64,000 nucleotides of DNA from positions 1 to 64,000 of the forward strand of contig DF237120.1 in the NCBI GenBank assembly GCA_000708835.1. The letters are read 5' to 3'. Under the pieces are notes generated by a model. It did not search any database, was not told where the DNA came from, and was given only the letters and a program-made list of their open reading frames with translations. The stretch is from Klebsormidium nitens (taxonomy: Eukaryota; Plantae; Klebsormidiophyceae). The position numbers were made by a program, and so were the translations under genes. Below, piece after piece: positions 23,907 to 36,500 of this stretch (within the stretch, counting starts at the first letter, position 1; each line of letters opens with the position of its first letter).

Positions 23907-26900
23907 CTAAGACGCTGCCTCCAGGGCCTCAATCGTAAACCTCTTGGGATCTTCCTTCACCAGGTCCGTGATGCCCAGCTTCTCGAAGCGCCCGCTTTCG
24001 AACCAGCTTTGCAGGGCGCCCTCGACTTCGTCGCGGATCCGCCGGCCCACCGGCTGCTCACTCATGAATGTCCACCATTTCTACAGTCACAATGACAAGC
24101 GTCAGAACGATAAACATAACATCTTAACGGTTCCATTTTATTTTGTTGCAGAACAGCAGACTTTAAATTGGTTGATGCTTAAGAACTTCTTGCCTCTACT
24201 ATTTCTCTGTTGCTTGACAAGTCCTCCAGTCCCAGGTCTCAAACATTGAACGTGGTAAGCTCTCTATGGGCTTCTTCCGACCTCTTCGCCCGTCTTCAGC
24301 CCGCTCTGTCAAGGATGACACTCTGTAAAGAGATAAAGAAGAGAAGTCGCTGCCGTTGGCCCTCACAATCTTTGACTCAGCTTCGATTCCAAAAAGCGAG
24401 CCGCTCAAAAGGTTGATTCGTCTCTAGGAGATACTCTCTCTGGTTTCCGGTCCTCACCTTTAGCTTGGGTTTGTCGTCCAGATACGTGTTCCATCCATAG
24501 ACCCGGGGCGTAATGTAGTCAATGAATACCATGGTTGGGAAAACGGCATGGTCAGCTGCAGGTAATGACAGACATTATTGACAGAGTACATCGGAAGGGA
24601 GTATAGCGTATCGAGCGTCAAACAGCAGCCTTCCTTTCCTTCTGATCCGCTACTTTCGTGACGCATCTTTTCCAGAACGTTTTGAGAAAATGCCCTTCAC
24701 GGGGTCAAATTGCTCGGCTTACCCACCCACAAAAGCTTCCGAACTGACTCGTCTAGACATATTAAACGGTTTTCAACCATGTCTTGATCCGTCAATTGGC
24801 CGATACGATAAGTGGCTAAGACGGAGGCCCATCGGTCAGAAGAGGATACGGAGTGCGACTCTGTAGCAGCAATAAACACATCTTAAGCCACGCCGCTCTG
24901 TCCTGTGAGCCACAGAATTCTGGGCAGTCAAAGAGACCGGCTCAACATCAAAACAAAGCCACGAAGTAAGCGACTCAATTGACATCCTGACGGCCGCTGA
25001 AAGTGAACGGCCGCTAGATCTATGCGGCCGAGTCGCTTAGACTTTGTGAAACAGGTCAGCTCGATCAGATACCAGTTTCCCGAGCATTTCCGAAGCGCTG
25101 ATCGGCAAGGGCAGCAGAGCCCGGCCGCTGACAGGAGACACGAACGGCCCAGGCGCGCTAAAAATATCAGGAGGCCCAATTCATCCTAAAGCCAACTCCA
25201 ACCCAACCCGTACCAGTAGAATCATTGCAAGATCGTGCTATTTTTATTGGACGATTGCACTGAGGCTTGCGTCTATCTTCTTGTTGTCGACAGAGAAGGG
25301 GGGCCGACCTGTTTCTTTGCCTACTCTATCTGCAAATCCACGTCACCGGATACGGACTCGACGTACGATCAAACGTTACAGCCTATCACTATGACATATG
25401 CCAAAGTCAGTCGGGCTCTTTGCGGGTCTCTCAGGTGTCTAACCTGCATCCGAACGCCGAAGGTCCAACGGAGACACACGGACACATTTTTGAATTGGTT
25501 TCGACTCAAACCTGGAGTCGCAGACGCTGAAGCGCCAATCAAAGACCTCGCGTCGGATGCTGGCCTGTGTCTCAAACTAGATTTTTGATCGTACACCCTT
25601 GAAAGAAAAGGCCGACACAAAGTTTGACCAGAACATCTCAATCGCTCACCCGCTGTTTCGGTCGGTCCGGCTAGGTAGGGTTCAGCCTTCGCGTACCGCT
25701 CCAGGATCCGCAGCTGCTTCGCAATTTCTCTGAGGCCCTGTTCCCGCGCAGAGGGGTCCATCGCTCTGTACATGGAGCCTTGATTGGCTGCAACAATTGA
25801 CGAAACGGGACCTGCTTACGTCGTTCTCCGAGAACATACCAGACTGGGCAAGTACTTTTGAAACGTTCCGGGTCATGTATCATCGCAACAGACGCGCTAG
25901 CGAAGTAGTCAAAATAGGTTTGGGTTGTTCCACGAATCGACCGCTGACTGAAGCAAGAGGGATTCTCAAGGATGGGTGATGTTTAAATCTAGTGTGAACA
26001 GTAGGGTTTGGTTGCAAGTACGGAGCACAAGAAGTCCGGATTTTCAACCTATTGCTTACAACCCCTCAAAAAGCACCGGATGGAAGAGTCACTCAAGCTT
26101 ACTAGTCAGCTGAAAGTTTGTAAGCAGAGCTGCCGAGCAAACAAATAGACTGTCGCGAGGACTTCAAGCAGATGAAGAGCCTACATTACTTTGTCAGAAG
26201 GGTTTCGACTAGACCACCTTGGCGAGGCGTTTGTCCTTTTGGGGACAGAGACGGAACCTGCCATCAGTTCACCACAACCTGGAAGAACGAGCAGAGGATA
26301 AATTTCCCAGAAGCTTTAACAGTTGACTTTTTAACAGAAAGGTCCAAACGGGCAGAGAGCGAACTCATCCCGCAAAACCGACAACAAAGAGGGCCGTGTT
26401 TCTAACTTCACTCACCAGCGATGTAAAGGTCGTGGATGCGCTCTATGAGCGAGCAGCGAAGCTTGTTCTCTGGTTCGGGCTCAAACGATGGTCCCTTTTC
26501 CCGGTAGGTATCGAGGAGGTACTCAGCTATTACCTGCCGGAAAGAGAACGTCAGGTGATTTCAGCAGACATTGCTTTAAGTAACTCAAGTTACATCTGGA
26601 CAAAGGCGACATGGCAAATCCAGACCCAAAAATCTACCCCCTTTGCACCCGTGCCCACCCGAAACCCCCACACTAACGAGATTGTCTTATCATAACCTGC
26701 TCATCTATCAAGTTTTTTAGATTCTGATTCGCTCTGGTACCCTGTGCATGAACCACAGCACTCACGTTATAAGAAAGGAGTTCTTTGTACTGGACATTAT
26801 TCTTCAACAAAGTTCGCAAGTCGTTCGAGAGTGGGACGTTCACACAGCAGCGAAACATTGTTCATACTCTTAACTGCGCTCTAGCTCAATTAATTATTCC

Positions 26901-28774
26901 AAAAACGAGTTCACCTTGCTTTCAGGGATGCCCTCCCCCTCTGGCGTAACTAGCAGCGGCATCTTTCCCTCCGGGTTGAGCGCCAAGTACGCCTCGCTCT
27001 TGAGCCCGCCGAGGTCGGCTGGTTTGGCCATCTCGATCTCATCCTCTAAACCCTGGATGTAATCATCGTCGGTCATTCGCGGTCCCTAACTGTATTATTT
27101 TCTCTTCAGCATTTTCTGCGTGTACACCCTCACTTCGAATATCAGACAGGCAGGAACACATGAAGCTTAAAGTGGGCGTAGGCCGTCACACCAATGGCAT
27201 CACCGTAGCGTGACGGCGACAGAAAACAATCAACATTCACCCTCCGATAGAATCAACTCGGTGGTTTGTACCGTCCGATCGGAAATTGACTCGCGAGCCC
27301 TACGCCCACTTTAATCCAGGGCCATGGTTCAATTGGATCCAGCTTTTGCCCATTTTGACCGGCTCAATCCAAGAGGTCCGTCAAGGGGAATAACAAAGAA
27401 CAAAGGTAATAGACAACCTTCTAGTTTCTTCCGACAATCTGCTAATTGCAGCTGTGCATCAGAGGGAATCCTCAGTGCTAAGTAGGATGCCAGAAGTAAG
27501 CAAAGAGGTAGCGCTTTATCCGCTGAGGGCCCAAAAGTCAACTGAGTGGCGCTGTTCAATCCTGACAACGCAGGAATTTTCAGATTTATCTAGAGCATCA
27601 AGTAAAGGGTAGATTCTGGGCCTAGATAGATCAATGCCAAGTTGACAGCAACGGACTTATGGGATTTTACGTGGGCTAAGGAAGGGTCCAAGTGCAAAAT
27701 TTTCACCAGCATTTGCCGGATACTGCTAGCTGAATCAACATTAGATGATCTATAGATCTTTTCTGATCACAAAAGGCCTATGCATAGTGTGACACCAACA
27801 TGCTAAAATCTCATGGATCGGGCAGTTCTCACCTTTCCGTAGATCACAAAGCGCACGCGGGCACCTGCAGATGTGCACGAGGTTGTGCATTATGACTTTC
27901 GGGCGTTTTTGAATCTACATTCGTCTATGTCCTTTTTCTTATACCAGAACGCACTTCCACTGGCTATCCGCCAAAGTTGACAAATCTCACTACCTTGATA
28001 GTAGAAAGCACAGCGCCAATCTGTAACACTGTCAAGTAGAACTTTTTTGGAGAAAATGCAGTTTTGCGGTAACTTGAAGCAAGTACCCGAGTACAAACAG
28101 GACTTGTTACTGCCAATTGAAAACAAAGTTGTTGTTTTGAGCAACTAACGATCATTGCACCTTTTCAAAAGCATGAGTCTTTGATCACATGTTGCAACAA
28201 GCTCTTGGCAGTCTCCGCCTGTCAGCATATAGAGTGCCGCGATCTGTCCACATGGCAATGTTTACAAAAGGGTGTTGCTCTGGAAGCTGTTTGTGTGTTC
28301 CAAACAAGGAAAAAAGTAGAATAAAGAGGAAACCAAATCATCGATCAATCAATCGATCCTGGGTGGTACACAAGTACTCAAGCAACCAGCAAAAGTTTAA
28401 AAAAGACCTTCTCCTGACCACCACCAGATCTCCTCACCATTGTTTGAAATGGACGCATCGTACAGCGTGGCCTTCCCGTGTGCTGCCGATGTCTTCGTTT
28501 CCTCCGCAACTGCCATTGTTGCTTTTATCGGTCCCCCTCTAGTTCCCCTCAGACTCTGCTGATCTTCGATAAAAGGATTCAGAGCAAGGTCTTCGAACCT
28601 AGATTCTGTTGCTCTGAGAAGGGTACGATTCACATATCGTTTGCTCTTTGGTCTTTGCAGAGCTGCGGAAGTGCAAATGTGGGCCCTTGCAGTTGTGCGA
28701 TCTGCGGATCTGAAGGCGCTTCGTTCCAGGTAGCATGCAGATGTGGCTGGAGCGCTTGCAAGGGCTGCAGCCAT
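23907..28774 (-). CDS. Glutathione S-transferase with a long transit-peptide-like N-terminus (7 exons)
   Basis: Exons 28774-28438 (MAAALASAPA..ATLYDASISNN), 27864-27833 (GARVRFVIYGK), 27052-26915 (GLEDEIE..LGGLKSEAYLALNPEGKMPLL..IPESK), 26533-26416 (VIAEYLLDTY..RIHDLYIA), 25787-25650 (ANQGSMYR..KQLRILE..PYLAG), 24555-24458 (ADHAVFPTMVF..GWNTYLDDKPKL) and 24080-23907 (KWWTFM..). All junctions are GT-AG and in phase. GST N-domain (NP.GK.P.L, ES) and C-domain motifs are present. Confidence 0.93.
27171..27310. mobile_element. 140-bp MITE in GST intron 2
   Basis: ttaa|agtgggcgtagg ... cctacgcccact|ttaa: a perfect 12-bp TIR flanked by TTAA. It can also be read as a 14-bp TIR with a TA TSD. Confidence 0.85.
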
Positions 28775-30552
28775 TGGCGTCGGAACCGTCTCCGGGCAAT
28801 GCACGAGTGGTTTAGCTTGCAACGCTTTTTCTTAAATAGAGGGCGACATCTTCCAGAAGATGCAGGCTTCCAAGTTCCACCCTTTGCCAGCCAAAACTGG
28901 CGCTGCATTTTGTACTAGTAGCTAGAGACTAGAGCGGGGAGCCAACGTAGACGCATTTCGAGATGGCTGATGTGACCGTCGGATCGAGACAGATCCTCCG
29001 TGCACCGTCCGTTCAAGAATCGAATCTATCGATGCTGACGTTGGCAGAATGTTCTCGGCTTCCGCTCACGAGATGCTGCCACTTGTCGCTCGATAACAAT
29101 TCAGATAAATGAACGGCAGATCATATTTGAAAGATGGATAATGTCATCGGACGGCCCAGATGAGTTTTGTTTTAAAACTTGCCCGGCCAATTATCATGTG
29201 AAATGATTGCGAAAACCGCTGATTGAGTATCGCCGTATTTCCGTGTACGGCAACGAGAATCCCCGGTTTCCGGATTTGGAAAGTGTACACCGGAGAGTGA
29301 CGATGGGACCTACGGTACATGTTGTCGTTGCTTGGCTGGGCATCATAAAATCCAGTACTGTACTCAAGTCTCAGGGCACCTACCAAACTCCTTGTACAAT
29401 TGAAGTCGACCTGTCCCGGGCAAGCGGATGGTTGTGGATATCAAATATGGTGTCATCATATCCGACTGCTAATAGATCTCCGCGAAGGGGACTCGGTATA
29501 ACACCAGAACGACAAGACCCTCGGTAGAATTTGAAACCTTGTACATCTTCTGTGCGCAACAGCGCTGGCACACACCGCCGCCTTGCCAAGTACATTACTT
29601 GGTACAGTATTTTGGTAGCATGCACATCAAGGTACCAGTATGTGTTTAATGTAGGTACCTAGGTAGGTACCTAGGTATGAGCCTATTGTCTGGACTCTGG
29701 AGTGCAGCGCGGCTGTGCTTATCCGAGTCAAGTTCAGGGTTCTATGATTCAATCGTACTGCCCTGCTTTGGATTCCGCGTTCTGATCGTACTGCCATATG
29801 ATGGATTCGAATCCTGATCGATCATGATGCTCATATGACATGGGTACATTGATCCGTGACGTATTAAGCTGCATTTGAAGTGCTTTAAGTGAAGCGCAGT
29901 CGTCATTTTGTTTCCCAGCTGTCGCGCTTTGGAGAAGAATCAAGCTGCTTTCTCTAGCACTTTAGTTATCTGGAAACGAGCTGACGGCAGTGGTAGATAA
30001 TGGATGCAAGTGGCGGGAAGACGACGTCACAGCTCCGCAAAATGCTCCAGCCACAGGCGCCTACAGCCAAGTCTCTCTGTACTATCGTTATCAGCGCTCG
30101 TGTAATTGTGAAGCGCTAGCAAATTCTGATGACACTCAACGCGACGTGAATCAAGCTTCCTAATGATCAGGATTGAAGGTTTTAAAGAGTTGCTCAAACA
30201 GACGATAAGATGACCAGCCCAGAAAACACTGGCGCTGAATTCTCTACAGCTTTCAAAAGAGAGACGCCTACCGTACAGGAAAAAACAGCAGCTGCCGGCA
30301 AGTGCGATTGGCTGTATTGCAATGAAAAAGAGCTTACTGCAAATAGTGCCTTGATGTCAACTAGCAGCGTGGCAGCTTTTGCGAGCTGGGGCAAACGCGC
30401 AAGACAGACAGCAGTTCGGGCGATGTCATCAGCCGTGAGAAGAGCTCAACCCCTAAAAGCAAGGGTCAAGTTAACCCTGGTAGTTTGCATCTTGACCTGA
30501 GCATACGCAACCTGCCCACCTCCGTGCACCAAAAACAAAAGCGCTCAACGCG

Positions 30553-33500
30553 ATGACGGTCCGAATGGTCTTGGTGGTGTGCGCTGCGCTTTTCCTGGCG
30601 GGCATTGCGGAGGGTCAATCGGACCCCAGTGAAGGTAAGTCCAAACTTTACAACACTTTCTTTGCAATGCAGTGATCTGATCATGTGCAAAGATCGGTTG
30701 TGTATGTCGAACTTTCACAGAATGAGATCTTTGCAGGTGATCCTAGTTTTGTTTGTGGGCATTTCTGTTTCAGTGCGTGGAATTTTGAGTGGGTTCTCCA
30801 CATCTGCCTTGCAATTACCCTAGCTCCTATCTCACTTTTGTATTTGGTGGGGTTTTGCAACATTTGAATTTCCTGCTAGGTTTCAAAACTTGAGTACACA
30901 GCTTCATCTTGTGTGACTCATTTGTACCTCAGTGGAGTCAAACGAAACTATCAAAATTGCAACTCTCAGGCGAAGCTAGCTCAGCATTGATTGTGCATAG
31001 CTAGTCAGCTGTCAGCTTTGACGCTGCTAAGCGTGTATAGCAGTGCTACTTATGCACTGGGTGGACTTTCAACATTGAGTTGTTGCTAGGAGGTAAACAA
31101 AGCATTACCCCAAAACTACCCGCCAAAACGTGTCCTACAGACAGGCAGGAGCGCTTCCTGACCGTGGCAGCATAGCTGAATCGTTCTGCAGATTGTCCCT
31201 TAGAGCGGGGAAACTGCTATGAGTGATCTGGTATAAGAAAAGTGATGCAATTACTGGGGGTGCAACATGCAGCAATTGACCATGTCCTGTACGCTCTGCC
31301 TATTTTAACAGGAAAAAAGACTTCCTTTTTGCGAAGTGCCGCATCAGATGGATTGTGCAAAGTTGGATGTTTATGTTGATGGAATCTCTGGGGGCAGTTG
31401 GATGGGGCCTTCTGCCTCTGCTCAAGAGAACAGCTCGCATTTTGCCTGTCCGAAATCCAGTATCATAGCCCCCAAAGTCTTGGGGACCTTTGCTTCTTGC
31501 GTTCTTCCCCTTTCAGAACCCCACTCTATGCAGGGTGATCATCTCCAAATCCTTCCGCGGCTCCACTGCTGGACTCCGAAGGAGCCCATTGACACCGCTC
31601 CATCTCTGCAGTCGAAGCTCTTAATCAAGACAGATACCTGGTGTTCATTCGGAACGTTCTTGACGTGCAGCTAATGCTCTCGTCATCATCAAGGCCTCGG
31701 CCGGCGCCCCCCCCGGCCTGATTACGTGGAACGGTACGGATCCCTGCGGATCCGCTTGGTTGGGAGTGCAGTGCACGCCTGTGAACGGCGACCAGACGAG
31801 ATACGTGACAGGCCTGTGAGTCGCTCGAGAACTTTCTTGACTCCGAATTGTGCGGCACACGATCGATTGGTTTCCCTACTGGTCTTGTTTGCCCCTCCTT
31901 TCTGTATCGAGTTTCTAGAAGGAATTTCTGGCAGATGGACTGCTTGATGCATGGATACAAATCGTCAAAGCCTTGGCCACCAAGAGAGTTTCCCGTTCTT
32001 TCAAGATGAGCTCTCTTCAAAATTGCATGCCTCGCAAATTAAGTCTAGTCCTTCCACAACTCTATCCTCGTTTGCTCTTCAACGGGGTTGAAACCAACTT
32101 CTTACCTTACATCTTCATCTCTCACTTTGATTCTCAGTCTACTTTCGAGTGAAGCATCTAGAAGCGGCACTGAGACGCTGCTCGTTCGTTCTCTTTCGAC
32201 CTTCTACCTTTTCTTTCTAAAATTGCGTCTGCTCGAATCGTATACAGGCAACTCCCGGGCTTCGGTCTCAGCGGAAGTCTCTCCCCCGCGCTGGGCATGC
32301 TTCCAAACCTGCAGATCCTAGACCTGAGCCAGAACCAGCTCGAGGGGGGGATCCCCCGCGAGTTCCAGAACCTGACGAAGCTTGAGGTGGGAGGCGTCGC
32401 TTTCTTTAACTTCTTACAGTGAAGCCTTTCTTTGTTGGGCGAAAGAGAAACTTGAGTTCGGCGACGGACTGATTGGGTGGACTGGTTGCTACTTTTTCGA
32501 ACAGCCCCACCTCATAGCTGGCGGGCTTATCAGAGCATGTTGCGAAGGTGCACTTTGGGCACCGGAATCTTCCTGTGCCGAGTCCGCGAGGTCGCATCTT
32601 CACTGCTCACCAAAGGTTCCTTTATGCTGCCTTAATCAATTGCTTCATCAAGGCCGCTTAAGATAAGCTTGTAGTGATCAATCCTTGTATGGAACTTCTT
32701 GTCTGCCAAGCACGAAGCCTTGGATTCGGCCACCTTGTCAAATTTGTGTATAATTCTTGCCCCGTTTCCAAGCGAAGACGGAATACGAGTCAGAAGTTTC
32801 CCTTCCGACGAGCTGTTTGTGGCTAGATCAAAATCATAGAAACGAATGATAACCCTCAAGCGAAAAAAGAGCGAAGTAGAACGCCACGTGTCGTGCAGCA
32901 ATTGGACCTGCACGGCAACCACCTGGTCGCCACGCTGGACCCGTGGGTGGGCGCCATGCCGCGCCTAGTTCGCATGGACCTCAGCCGCAACTCCGTCTGG
33001 GGACCGCTGCCCGATAACCTCTTCCGCCTCACCGAGCTCCAGCAACTGTGAGTCAAGGCGCATTCTTGGGGGCGGGGTGTGGCGCATGTGAACTCAAAAT
33101 CCTTTTGGGGGGAAAACGCATGTTTTGCTCTCGGATCTCGTTTTCGCCTCACCGACGTCCAGCAATTGTAAGTCAGAAGTGTCCCCTTAAAGAAAAGACG
33201 GGGGGAAGGCGTGTAATCACAAACCCCTGACGAGGGGAACGAGGATCTGCGTTCAAGAAAGTTTTTGGTGGTGGTGAAAGCAAGGAAACGCGCTAGTTCC
33301 TTGTGACCCAGCAGCTGCTTCAGTAGTTGTGCGTCTGCTTTTCTGACAGAGGGATTGAAACGGCAAATCTTTTTCTTCCCTTTCTAGGCCTTCCCCTGGC
33401 CCGAAATTGCTCCGTTACAGACCAGATGATGCTTCGCTTGACTAAGAAACTGAGGCGCTTTACTCGTAAAAGTCCGTGCCTGACACGTGGCAAGATCTGG

Positions 33501-36500
33501 TTTGCAGCAACCTGGGCGGGTGTGTTTTCACCGGAGCCATTCCCGCCGCAGTCGCCAATCTCACAAGCCTGCGGCTGCTCGACCTCAGCTTCAACTACCT
33601 GAAAGGCCCCATTCCCGAGACGCTCGGCCAGATGACCCAACTGCAAGCACTGTAAGTTGGACACTTCTTCCGTGACAAGGCCTCTCAGCCTTACTGGACC
33701 TACTCGGACTCAGTGTCGGTCGGGTCTTCCGTTTGAAGTTCTCTATCGATCTGTTTGACAACTTCTAAGGCCGTATTTCAGAGACGCTCGGCCAGATGAA
33801 CCAATTGCAAGCGCTGTAAGTTGACCACAGCAATTGCGACAAGGCCTCTCAGCCTTACTAGAACTACTCGGACTCAGTGTCGGTCGGGTCTTCCGGTAGA
33901 TTACACTATCTATTTGACACCTCCAAAGGCCTTGTTTCAGAGACGCTCGGCCAGATGACCCAACTGCAAGCGCTGTAAGTTGACCAGAGCAATTGTGACA
34001 AGGCCTCCCCGTCCTCCTTACACTGGGTGTCAGTCTTAATTCCTTAGGGGTCTTCTAGTCGCATTCGGAAACCAGTAAGTGGATCTGCCAGCTTTGCTTC
34101 ACAACTTTTGGCCTTCTCATCGAGCCTTTCTCTCATCCAATTTTGTGTACACCGCAGGCTTCTGCAAAACAACACTTTCTCGGGCACGGTTTCCCCTTCG
34201 CTGGCCGGCCTAACAAGTCTCAACTACCTGTAAGTTGCGCTTCCTTCCACGCTAAACGAAGTTCCGTCCAGCCCTCATGTAATACCCTTATGTACCCTTG
34301 TAGTGCCCTTATATGTAGCCCTTATGTACCCAGCCCTTATGTGCCCTTATAGTACCCTTATGTAGCCCTTATGTAGTCCTAGTCGCTTTACATCGGTGGG
34401 TGCTGTTTGCGTGCACGCTCTTACCAATAAGCATTCCCCGGGCTTGGTCCTAAGCACAATCGTCTTTACAAAACTTAGAGCAAAGACCTGACGTGGCATC
34501 CAGACATTCTCAAAACGCTTCAGATTTACCGGAGAACGAAATGATCTTACACCTACCGAAGTTTTTCACATGTCGATTATGGATGATCTAGACTAATCTC
34601 CTTGTGCTTGCAGGTTTCTGCAAGGCAACAACCTGACGGGTGCGCTGCCACCGGAACTGATGGCTCTTCCCAACTTGATTGCGAGGTAAGAGACAATTCC
34701 TCCCTCGTTAAGTTCCTTTCTTCCCTCCATATTGACTCTCATCTTGCGTAAACAGACTGAAGAGTGAAGCGTCGGCAAATCTCAGATAGTCGAGCCGGCT
34801 CGTTTTAAGTTTATAAACTGGCCTCAAAACGGTCAAACCAGGTTTTGGTATACAAGAGAGTCGTTCAGTGGTAAAATGACCTGGCAAGTCAAACCCCTGT
34901 TTAGTTGCTCGCTCGCAAGGTAACCTTAAAAACCTTCCGAGGACCTCGAGAAAACGACTGTCCCAGTTCCGCGCCGTATTCGGGCTAAATACGGGACTAC
35001 CCCTGATCATTCGCACAGCTTCCCCCATCCAGCCGAATTGTCAGGAACGAGTCCGATGAAACCAGACTTGGATTAAAACCTGATCCGACATATAGTCGTA
35101 CAGCCCATCCGTCCATTATTCTACCCTCGTGTCTTCGAGACTCAGACTTCGCACTTTTATCTAATTCCACCCCCATTTTGTAGGTACGACGGCAATCCAC
35201 TGTGCAGCACTTCGAGCATCAGCCCCTCTGCGCTCTTCTCTTTCCCGAAACACCCCCAAAGACCGAGCCTCATTGTGTAAATATTCGCCCCTCCTAACTT
35301 CACCTTAAACCTGAACTTACTCCCTTACAGGTACGACGGCAATCCGCTTTGCCAGCTGTCCGAGAACCAGCCCCTCTGCGCCGTTCTCCCCCGAAACACC
35401 CCCCCAGACCCCGAGCTCGCCCTCAGCCCAATGCCCCCCCCGTCTCCGATCACAGTTTCCACAAGCGCCCCCGGTGTTTCCGTTCTGGGGGGCAACCCCG
35501 GCACTGCGCTGACCATGGCGCAGACCCCCCTGGGAGGAGTATGCGTCCCAGGAACCCCCAACGTGTGCGCGTGCGGGGAAGGGAAGATGGGTCAGGGGGT
35601 GTGTGCCGAAAACGGGGCGGCGATTGTCGACTGTAGCTGCCAAAGCGGTGCGGTTGAGTTCGCTTTGCTTTTGAACCAGACACTTTCCTCTCGCACAGCT
35701 TTGGAAAGCAGGAAAGCCATAACATAAAGAATGAGAGACGAAAGAGCTGTTTCGAAGGAAATTGAGGAAGTCTTACAAGACAGGTATTCAAAAGCTCAGC
35801 CCTAAAGAGGAGTTTGCCCGATGTGCGAACTTTGACTTCAAGCCCCTAAGATCTGGCTCTCGAAGAATCTGATTAGGATGGTAAACTCAAGAAAAGGTTT
35901 GCCAGATTTGCGCTCGTCTTTCCCCCCCGCAGACTCGTACAGAAGTCTCAACCCGTGTGTTTTTGACGCAGAATCTTCCAACAACCAGGGACTAAACACC
36001 ACGACTATCCTGGTCGCCGTCTTGGCCGCCTGTTTTGGCCTGGGGCTGTCGGCCGTCGCATTCTGTTGCGTGCTCGCGTGCATGCGCCGCCAAAATAGGA
36101 AGGGCGGTCGTTTCTGTTTGAAACCTTCCAAAACGGCGGAGTTCGACATCGAAAGTGGTGAGTTTGCCCGGGCGTTCAATTTGACCTTTCCGAGTCCCGA
36201 GGTTTATTTAGGAACTATAACCTGAAGTGCTCACTTCGTTGGGTTGAAAGCATCCGCTTATGAACCCGCAAAAGCCTTTGAACGGACATCGAGACCGGCG
36301 GGTCTGCAAAACATTGTCAGGTTACAGCTCTTTAGCATCCTGTCAACGATTCCCTGAAGTGAATTGTTGTAGAGTAGAAAACTGTTTCTTAGTGCGTTCA
36401 AAATGTCAAAGCTAAGCCGCACAAGAGCGAAGAACGCTACTGCCGAGAGTCGGAGGTTTTTGTCTCAACCTTGTCCATGTTTTGACTGCATGAATTAGCG

